NCBI GenBank assembly: GCA_965644295.1
Contig: CBFFRP010000616.1
Location: forward strand, 128,859-192,858
From: Paraphysomonas bandaiensis
Taxonomy: Eukaryota > Protista > Chrysophyceae
Direction: 5' to 3'
DNA: 64,000 nt
The translations under genes were made by a program, and so were the position numbers. Positions 1-10,700 of the stretch are shown piece after piece. Numbering within the stretch: position 1 is the stretch's first letter; the number at the start of each line of letters is the position of its first letter. The notes beneath the pieces are model-generated. The model ran no database searches, was not told where the DNA came from, and worked only from the letters and a program-made list of their open reading frames with translations.

Positions 1-1788
1 TGTATCTGCAGGATCCAGTTCTTTATATAGTGGTGCCGCTGTGAGTGTATCATCTGGTTCTACAACTGCTGCTAATGAAGCGGGGGGGGGGCTGACTCTA
101 AGTAGTGGTGATGGCAGTATTGGGGGAAATATTGCTATTTCAAGTGGTTTGGGATTAGATGGGCGTGGTGGGGATATCTCGATGGGAGGAGGAGAATCTG
201 GAAGTGTTGGGGGTTCTGTTAATGTCAGGGGTGGTTTCTCCAATGTAGGAATTGGCGGTGATACCACTTTACAAGGCGGTGATTCAGAGTTGTTTGCTGG
301 AGCCGGTCTTGCATTAGCTGGAGGTTCTCAACTCAAAGGTGGTGATGCAGTCTTGTCAAGTGGAGCTGGTGGCGACGTTTCTATCACCACTTCTCTGTCA
401 CTCAGCAGCAGTGGTTCTGTTGCCATTGGTTCAGGGGTTGCATCGAGCGCATCTGGTGGATTAAAATTGGTGACCGGTCAGTCTGAACTGGGGCATTCTG
501 GTGACATTTTATTATCTGTTGGTGGCGGGAACGATGCCGGTGGCATATCACTAGCATCTGGTTCAGGTGTCATTAGCGGAGGAGAAGTCGCCATTGATGG
601 TGGTTCATCAATATCAGGAACTGGTGGCCGAGTGTCTTTGACAAGTGGTATATCCACATCTAGTAGTGGTTCTGGCAGTGTTTCACTGGTGTCATCTGCG
701 TCAACTGGACAATCGGGTTCTGTTACACTTTTATCTGGAACTGCCACTATGTCATCATCTGGTTCAGTATTGATATCATCTGGTGATGGTGCTTCAGCTG
801 GTAGTGTAGCTGTATCTGCAGGATCCAGTTCTTTATATAGTGGTGCCGCTGTGAGTGTATCATCTGGTTCTACAACTGCTGCTAATGAAGCGGGGGGGGG
901 GCTGACTCTAAGTAGTGGTGATGGCAGTATTGGGGGAAATATTGCTATTTCAAGTGGTTTGGGATTAGATGGGCGTGGTGGGGATATCTCGATGGGAGGA
1001 GGAGAATCTGGAAGTGTTGGGGGTTCTGTTAATGTCAGGGGTGGTTTCTCCAATGTAGGAATTGGCGGTGATACCACTTTACAAGGCGGTGATTCAGAGT
1101 TGTTTGCTGGAGCCGGTCTTGCATTAGCTGGAGGTTCTCAACTCAAAGGTGGTGATGCAGTCTTGTCAAGTGGAGCTGGTGGCGACGTTTCTATCACCAC
1201 TTCTCTGTCACTCAGCAGCAGTGGTTCTGTTGCCATTGGTTCAGGGGTTGCATCGAGCGCATCTGGTGGATTAAAATTGGTGACCGGTCAGTCTGAACTG
1301 GGGCATTCTGGTGACATTTTATTATCTGTTGGTGGCGGGAACGATGCCGGTGGCATATCACTAGCATCTGGTTCAGGTGTCATTAGCGGAGGAGAAGTCG
1401 CCATTGATGGTGGTTCATCAATATCAGGAACTGGTGGCCGAGTGTCTTTGACAAGTGGTATATCCACATCTAGTAGTGGTTCTGGCAGTGTTTCACTGGT
1501 GTCATCTGCGTCAACTGGACAATCGGGTTCTGTTACACTTTTATCTGGAACTGCCACTATGTCTTCATCTGGTTCAGTATTGATATCATCTGGTGATGGT
1601 GCTTCAGCTGGTAGTGTAGCTGTATCTGCAGGATCCAGTTCTTTATATAGTGGTGCCGCTGTGAGTGTATCATCTGGTTCTACAACTGCTGCTAATGAAG
1701 CGGGGGGGGGGCTGACTCTAAGTAGTGGTGATGGCAGTATTGGGGGAAATATTGCTATTTCAAGTGGTTTGGGATTAGATGGGCGTGG
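1..1788 (+). repeat. Tandem coding repeat A, 810-nt (270-aa) unit, about 2.2 copies visible, may continue left of the window
   Basis: tgtatctgcaggatccagtt occurs at 1, 811 and 1621, and identity ends at 1788. I noticed one synonymous difference (754 A vs 1564 T). Confidence 0.97.
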
Positions 1789-4700
1789 AGGTTCGGTGGA
1801 AGTAGCTGCTGGTCATAGTGCCGCCTCAGCTGGTGGAGTTTTGTCTTTGAGAGGAGGTGCGTCAATGTATGGTGACGGTGGTGGAGTGTCTGTTTCTGGG
1901 GGATCGTCTTCTAGTGGCTCTGCTGGTGAACTGACATTAATGTCTGGTGAATCTGTGAGTGCTGTCAGCGGAAGTGTTCTTTTACAATCGTCCAATTCTC
2001 ATTTGACAAGTGGCGGGGCACTTGTAGGCTCTGGTTCTTCCTCAATATCCAACTCAGGCAATGTAAATATCCTGACTGGCAATTCCGATTTGTCCTCTGC
2101 TGGTTCTGTTGATGTTGCTGTGGGACGCAGTGGTGGTGTTGGTGGTGATATATTATTTTCATCTGGTTCTGGCACCGATGGGGGTGGTATTGTCGCTGTC
2201 GGTGGATTTGGAACTAGCGGGGGAGGTGGTGATATATCGCTAGAGAGTGGCAGTAGTGGTGTGTCTGATGCATCATCTGGAGCATTATATTTGTCTACTG
2301 GTTCCACGGTGGGCGCTTCTGGTGAAGTGTCAGTTTTAACTGGTATGTCCACGTCGCTATCATCTGGATCGATTACTATAGCGACGGGAGAAAGTTCAAC
2401 CTCCGCAGGAGATATTAAAATTAGCGGGGGGGCTTCTCAGTCGTCCTCATCTGGATCCTCAGTTTCTATAAATGGAGGTGACACTCAATCTGCAATAGGC
2501 TCTGGAGGTTCTTTGTCACTCTCAGCTGGGTCTGGTGCGTATGGAGGTGACATAAGTGTTCTTAGCGGATACGGATTGGAGCATTCTGCTGGGAACTTGA
2601 AACTGTCCGGATCTTCTTCAATTGATGGCACTGGCGGCGATGTTCATATTCTTTCCGGATCTAGTGGTGCATCTGCTGCTTTCCTGAGTGACGATGTCAT
2701 CCTTAGTAGTGGTGTGGAAGGTTCAGTTTATATCCAGACAAGGACTGATGATGATCAGCAAAGTGGAGAAATTGTACTCTCAACAGGTTCCACTGAGCTG
2801 GATTCGGCGGGTAGCATTTCCATTGCTGTTGGTCATAGTTCTGCCCCGTTATCAACTGGTGGTGATCTTCAAATGTCATCGGGAACTGCTGCGCATGGTG
2901 GGTTCATTGCTGTGGATGGAGGTGACGGATCTGTTGGTGCTGGTGGCTCTGTTCAAATAAGTAGTGGGCAGTCATTATCGTATAGTAGTGGTGATGTTTC
3001 GTTTCTTTCTTCGGGAGGTATGGTTGGCTCAGGCGTGCTTTCAGTGTCTACGGGCAATAGCGCTGAAGGCGGATCAGGTGCTGTTTTGCTAAGCACTGGA
3101 GATGGTTCCACTGCTGGTAGAATTGATATTGCGACTGGGTCAAGTGGGTCTGGAGTCGGTGCTGATGTCTCGATTTCAGCGGGAACTTCACGTCTCGCTG
3201 GTTATTCTGGTGGTTCTGTTGGGTTAAGTGGAGGTGACGGTAGCATAGGTGGAAGTGTTGATATTATCAGTGGTAGCGGCTCTGCATCAGGTGGTGGAAG
3301 TGTGCATATTTCCGGTGGGAAGGGTGATAGCGTGGACCATGTTCCTAGTGGATCAGTATTGGTTGATGCAGGATCTTCTGTACTTGGAGGTAATTTAGCA
3401 TTATCTGCTGGACTGGGATTTGTTGAGAGTGGAAATGTTTTCATTAGAGGTGGTGCTGCGAGTGGCACCCCTGGTGGATCAGTGTTTATTGAAGGTGGGT
3501 CTAGTTCAGCTGGGCTTACTGGTTCATTACATTTGAACACTCTGTCCTCCCAGTCAGGAACAGGGAATATTGTTTTCACCTCAGGTAGTTCTGTTAGTGG
3601 TCCCTCGGGAAATATTGATATGGTTTCGGGGGATACTGACCAGTCGTCACCAGGAAGAGTACATCTGTCTGTTGGAGAAAGTGGCCGAGGAAGCGGAAGT
3701 GATATTGTTTTGAAAGGTGGCTCTGCTTTCTTGAAGGGCGGATCTATAGCTGCATTCGGTGGAGCTAGCTCCACCTCTGAAGGCGGGTCTGTGGCACTAT
3801 TGAGTGGAATCTCTACCGCTGAGAAAAGTGGAACTGTCCGTATCATGAGTAGTAGTGGTAAAGGCGGTAGTGGAACTGTGCAAATTGCTAGTGGGTATGT
3901 TGATGGTGGCACGTCGGGGTCTATATACATGGTCTCAGGTGATACAAACTCTGGGAGTGCTGGTGATATATATATTTCTCCTGGGGCAAGTACGTCAACT
4001 GAGGGTGCCATGGTTGCAACTCGTGGTGGTGATGCGTCTGGTCCTGGTTCTGTTGGTGGAGATGTGTCTATATCCAGTGGGGTTGGTTCAACTGGTGGTA
4101 GTGTGGATATTCGCAGTGCTACTGGTATTGAAGGTCTGGGTGGTAGCATCAGGGTCGAAGCTCAAGCAAGTGAATTGCGCGCAGGATCTTTATCTCTTAC
4201 AGCAGGGCATTCGAGTAATAATGTTGGAGGCGATGTGGATGTCAGCGGGGGTTCAAGTGCATCAGGAGTAGGGGGCACTGTGGTTATTGCAGGTGGTTTG
4301 TCAGAAGATAGTTCTGGCGGTTCGGTACTGATATCTTCTGGCGTTTCTAGTACTATGAGTTCTGGGGAAGTTTCAATACAGTCAGCAGAGAGCGGCCATG
4401 GGAGTGGAAATGTTCATCTTCATAGTGGTTTATCTCATGACATTTCTGGCGCTGTGTCAGTGTCTTCAGGTGTATCCATGACTGAATCATCGGGGAATGT
4501 TGAAATTTCTACTGGATTTGTGGGGGAATCTGGTGTAGTTAGTGGTTCGATTGATATCCACACAGGTGTGGCACCTTTAGGAGGAAGTATCACTATTGGT
4601 GGTGGTACGGGCAGTACATATTCTGGTGGGTCGCTGTCCTTCAGCAGTGGTGTTAGTCAATCTCTATCTTCAGCAAGTGGAGACGTAGAGCTGTCTACTT

Positions 4701-7700
4701 CTGACAGTGTCGGTGCATCTGGAATCATGCAAATATACACTGGGACGTCATCTGGTGAGACCGGGTCGATTAATATTGCTAGTGGGAGTTCTTCTGATGC
4801 CCCAGCTGGTGGTATTTTCATCAAAGGTGGTAGTGGTGCACAATCGGGATCAGATGTAGTTCTTCATGCAGGCAGTGCATCGTCGGATGAAAGCAAAGGT
4901 GGTGGAGTGGATATAACCGCTGGTGATGGCTCGTTCGGCGGTGATGTGGTCATTGGTTCTGGTAATGGTTTCACCAGTAAATCCGGTGGTGCAATAGACA
5001 TCAGATCTGGTGGTGGAGGAGTGGTAGTGAGTAGCGGAGACGCGAGCGTGGATGGTTTGACTGGCGATATTGTGGTCAGCACGGGTTCTGGTACTGCCAC
5101 TGGATCTCTATCTTTGTCAACTGGGCATGGGTTTGGGACCGTTGCTGGTGGCATTGAACTAAGTGTTGGGTCCTCTGCAAGCGGTTCTGGATCGGATATA
5201 TTGTTATCTGCTGGAGATTCTGAGTCAAGTGGTGGCTCTGTATCAGTAGTTGGTGGAAGTAGTGCCACTGCGTCTGGTGGTGATGTTTTGGTGACTGCCG
5301 GTTCAGGTTCAGAATCTGGTCGGGCCGTGCTTCAGACTGCAACGGGTAGTGATAAGGTAACCTTGTCTGATGGTAGGGTGGATGTGCATTCTTCCGGTGG
5401 AATATCATTAAAAGTTCCGGTTTCATCTGATGCTACTTCCACGATGATTGCTTTTGGTTACGAAGACCCATCAACAGGGAATTCCAAGTATGATCTACGA
5501 TTACAGCAGTCGTCTGATTCAACTCGGTCAATCGTTGCTAGTGCTCCTCTCCAAGTGTCCAAGGTTGACTATCCGGCCGATAGTCGCATCAAACGTGATA
5601 TTGACACCGTGGATACAGATTCTCTTTTGCACCGTTTGAATCAGGTCAAGATTCAGAGCTACCGCTACACCAAGGACTGGTTAGAAGCCCGTGATGACAT
5701 AGAGGATATTCGTGTTCGTGGAGTCATTGCTGAGGATTTAGCGCAGGTGTTCCCTGAGCATGTTTCAGTCATCCCGGAATATAAGCTTGAGGATAGAGGT
5801 GTGAGTTTCAAGAATTTTCATCAAGTGGATAAAACATCGTTAATGATGGATATGATTGCTGCTATGCAATCTCAGTCCCGGCGATTTTCCACGACGCCAA
5901 ATTCGGATTCAGAGACTGGAGAGGTCAGAATGAGCTCCAGTTCCTGGTCGGAAGTACATGGTGGCACGGAGGATATGTCTTCTGGAAGTGTTTTGATGAC
6001 TTCTGGCGAGGCTTCTCTGGGCAAGTCTGGCAGTGTGTCGATAAACAGTGGACCTAGTGGTACTCAGGCGGGCAGTGTTCTATTAGCCCCTGGTACTAGT
6101 GGAAATGATGCAGGTGCGGATGTTTCTATTCGCGGTGGTGATTCATTGTCAAGGGTGTCTGTTGGCGGTGATGTGACGCTACGCAGTGGTGGTGGTGGGG
6201 CTGGGAGTGGAGATGTTTATATCTCAACTGACGAAAGCGATCAGGGCACAGGGTCAATAGCACTGATTACTGGTGATAGCGGTGCAGATGCGGCTGGTTC
6301 AGTTTCTCTTTCTGCCGGTTCTGGTGCGTCCGAAATCGGAGCAGGAGTGTCTGTTCACGGTGGTGACTCATTATTGTCTACTGGTACAGGTGGGTTGTTA
6401 TCACTTTCAGCTGGCAATGGTGCCTTGGGTGGGGATATAACAATGGTAAGTGGTGATGGACATACCAGTGGAGGGGGATCTGTATCTATTAGAGGTGGCA
6501 GTAGCCTTTTGTCGTCATTTGGCGGGTCCGTGAATATCGATGGTGGATCGTCTGTTGGGGGTTCTGGAGGGGACATCATTTTACGAAGTGGACGTAATAG
6601 TGGTGATGTAGCGGTTGCTTCGTTATCGATGTCAGGAAGTTCTTCTGGATTGGAGGGGGGAGCTGTACATTTGATGAGTGGTGTAAATTCCGATTTCACA
6701 AGTGGCAAATCCAGTTTTGGGACGTTGTCAACTTTTAGTGACAGTGGGTCTATTGAATTCGCTACTGGTACTTCTCTTTCTGGACTTTCTGGATCTATTC
6801 TGTTAGCTACTGGGGCTTCTGATTCTGGTACAAGTGGTGACGTTCGCATCAATTCTGGTTCTGGTGAGTCAAGTCGCCCGGGCAGTATTACAGTGACTTC
6901 AGGTTCTGGTCAATTAGGTGGTAATGTAGCCGTTTCTGCTGGTGCCGGCTATAGTGGACCTGGGGGATCTGTATCAGCTTTGAGTGGAGGTTCTGATAGT
7001 AGTTCGTATGGTGGCGTCGCAACCTACGGTTCTGGTGAATCGATGGGATCTAGTGGATCTGTGAGTCTTGGAAGTGGCGCTTCTGGTTCTGGTAGCTCTG
7101 GAGGGCTCATTCTATCAACTGGAGATGCGGTTTCTAGAGCTGGTGATATCACAGTGTCTGCGGGCTCTAGCACTTCATCAGAAACTGGCGCTCATGTTGT
7201 TATTCGTGGTGGTGATGTGTCTGGTCCTGGTTCTGTTGGTGGAGATGTGTCTGTATCCAGTGGGGTTGGTTCAACTGGTGGTAGTGTGGATATTCGCAGT
7301 GCTACTGGTATTGAAGGTCTGGGTGGTAGCATCAGGATCGAAGCTCAAGCAAGTGAATTACGCGCAGGATCTTTATCTCTTACAGCAGGGCATTCGAGTA
7401 ATAATGTTGGAGGCGATGTGGATGTCAGCGGGGGTTCAAGTGCATCAGGAGTAGGGGGCACTGTGGTTATTGCAGGTGGTTTGTCAGAAGATAGTTCTGG
7501 CGGTTCGGTGACATTACAGTCCGGTTCTGGATTGCTCGGGAATAGCGGTTCAGTACGTCTCCACTCCGTAGAGTCTTCCTCTGGTAGTTCTGGTAGCATT
7601 GTTTTATCTACTGGTGATGCCGCGGAAGGAATCTCGGGCGACATATCTTTGTCTGTTGGTGATTCGTTATCCCCAGGTCATGTGGACTTACGAGGTGGCT

Positions 7701-10700
7701 CCGGTACTTTGTCTGGTGGAGCTGTTGTTATGCACTCTGGCCAAAGTGTTTCGTCAGACGGGGTTGGTGGCTCTGCTTTAATTGGCTCTGATGTGTCCTC
7801 CGGGCGTAGTGGTGCAGTGTTCTTATCAAGTGGTTCTAGCAGCGCTGATTCGTCTGGGACAATTCGTGTAACGACTGGTGATAGTGCCATGGGCGCAGGT
7901 GATGTTTTGGTATCAGCTGGCCGTAGTGTGTCCGATCATGGGGCGACTGTATCTGTTGTTGGTGGTGACAGCGAGGGTGTTGCTGGTGCAGCCACTGTTG
8001 TTGGTGGCTCTGGTGCTACTGGTGGCGCGTTGAATCTTCATGGCGGCGTTGGAGTTTCAGGTGCTGGTGGATCGGTTGTCGTAGGAGCTGGAGTAGGCGC
8101 TGGAAGTGCTGCAGGTGGTTCTGTCTTGATCGAGGCTGGTAGTTCCACTGGTGAGGGAGATGGTGGTAGCATGTATATGTATGGTGGTGCAGGTTCCGTA
8201 GGAAGTGCTAGTGGTGGATCTGTTACAGTCGGTGGAGGTGAATCAATTGATGGCCTTGGTGGATCTACCTCAGTGACATCTGGGGCATCAAAGACTGGTT
8301 CTTCTGGTTCTTTGTATGTTTCGTCTGCGTCCAGTCCATCATCTGGTCACTTATTTTTATCGACTGGCGCTTCTTCTTCTGGAATAAGTGGCGATATTAA
8401 AATTGCTGTGGGTGATACCATCTCGGCACATTACTCACCGGGTAACTTACATGCTATATCTGGAAGTGGGCCCTCGGGAGGGTATGTTGATATTCGTGGT
8501 GGTCAGGGAACACTACATGGTGGTGGTGGAGTGCTACTCTCTTCTGGTTCTACAACCACAGCAGATAGATATAGCGGTGAGGTTTCTGTCCTTTCTAGTG
8601 CTTCTAATGCAGGAAGTGGAATGGTGTCAGTTGAAAGCGGATCAGGATATAGATCTGGTGCAGTGTTTCTGAAGAGTGGAAATAGTTTAACAGGAACATC
8701 TGGTGATGTTTTGGTATCAGCTGGCCGTAGTGTGTCCGATCATGGGGCGACTGTATCTGTTGTTGGTGGTGACAGCGAGGGTGTTGCTGGTGCAGCCACT
8801 GTTGTTGGTGGCTCTGGTGCTACTGGTGGCGCGTTGAATCTTCATGGCGGCGTTGGAGTTTCAGGTGCTGGTGGATCGGTTGTCGTAGGAGCTGGAGTAG
8901 GCGCTGGAAGTGCTGCAGGTGGTTCTGTCTTGATCGAGGCTGGTAGTTCCACTGGTGAGGGAGATGGTGGTAGCATGTATATGTATGGTGGTGCAGGTTC
9001 CGTAGGAAGTGCTAGTGGTGGATCTGTTACAGTCGGTGGAGGTGAATCAATTGATGGCCTTGGTGGATCTACCTCAGTGACATCTGGGGCATCAAAGACT
9101 GGTTCTTCAGGTGGTATTAGTATTGCTTCCACATCAGGTCAGGTGGATACGGGAGTCGTTGTTATATCTAGTGGCTCCTCGGGTTCAGGAAATAGTGGCG
9201 AGTTGTCATTGCGAACTGGTGAATCTCCAAATGGATTTGCGGGAAATATTTTGTTGTCAGCAGGGACAAGCTCGTATGCCGCTGATCTTGGAAATGCTGG
9301 TGTAACGTTGTCTGCAGGAAGTGGGTTCACTGGTGGTGATGTGTCGGTTGAAGCTGGTGTAGGATTGGTCGGAACTGGTGGTGACTTATTGGCAACATCA
9401 GGGACGGCTGCTTCAGTAACTTCTTCGAGTGGAGCAGTTCATATCCGTTCTTCAACTTCTCCGTTTTCTACAGGCCCCATGATAATCTCTAGTGGGAATG
9501 GTGCCTCGACGGGTGCAGTAAATGTGCAGAGCGGAACTTCCTCAGATGGTTTAGCTGGTGATGTTTTGGTATCAGCTGGCCGTAGTGTGTCCGATCATGG
9601 GGCGACTGTATCTGTTGTTGGTGGTGACAGCGAGGGTGTTGCTGGTGCAGCCACTGTTGTTGGTGGCTCTGGTGCTACTGGTGGCGCGTTGAATCTTCAT
9701 GGCGGCGTTGGAGTTTCAGGTGCTGGTGGATCGGTTGTCGTAGGAGCTGGAGTAGGCGCTGGAAGTGCTGCAGGTGGTTCTGTCTTGATCGAGGCTGGTA
9801 GTTCCACTGGTGAGGGAGATGGTGGTAGCATGTATATGTATGGTGGTGCAGGTTCCGTAGGAAGTGCTAGTGGTGGATCTGTTACAGTCGGTGGAGGTGA
9901 ATCAATTGATGGCCTTGGTGGATCTACCTCAGTGACATCTGGGGCATCAAAGACTGGTTCTTCAGGTGGTATTAGTATTGCTTCCACATCAGGTCAGGTG
10001 GATACGGGAGTCGTTGTTATATCTAGTGGCTCCTCGGGTTCAGGAAATAGTGGCGAGTTGTCATTGCGAACTGGTGAATCTCCAAATGGATTTGCGGGAA
10101 ATATTTTGTTGTCAGCAGGGACAAGCTCGTATGCCGCTGATCTTGGAAATGCTGGTGTAACGTTGTCTGCAGGAAGTGGGTTCACTGGTGGTGATGTGTC
10201 GGTTGAAGCTGGTGTAGGATTGGTCGGAACTGGTGGTGACTTATTGGCAACATCAGGGACGGCTGCTTCAGTAACTTCTTCGAGTGGAGCAGTTCATATC
10301 CGTTCTTCAACTTCTCCGTTTTCTACAGGCCCCATGATAATCTCTAGTGGGAATGGTGCCTCGACGGGTGCAGTAAATGTGCAGAGCGGAACTTCCTCAG
10401 ATGGTTTAGCTGGTGATGTTTTGGTATCAGCTGGCCGTAGTGTGTCCGATCATGGGGCGACTGTATCTGTTGTTGGTGGTGACAGCGAGGGTGTTGCTGG
10501 TGCAGCCACTGTTGTTGGTGGCTCTGGTGCTACTGGTGGCGCGTTGAATCTTCATGGCGGCGTTGGAGTTTCAGGTGCTGGTGGATCGGTTGTCGTAGGA
10601 GCTGGAGTAGGCGCTGGAAGTGCTGCAGGTGGTTCTGTCTTGATCGAGGCTGGTAGTTCCACTGGTGAGGGAGATGGTGGTAGCATGTATATGTATGGTG

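Noticed and set aside
5573-5890. Calling the gene MYRF or a prophage tailspike
   Set aside because: Only the ICA domain is shared. No NDT80-like DNA-binding domain, transmembrane segment, sialidase domain or other phage gene is visible, so no gene symbol is assigned.
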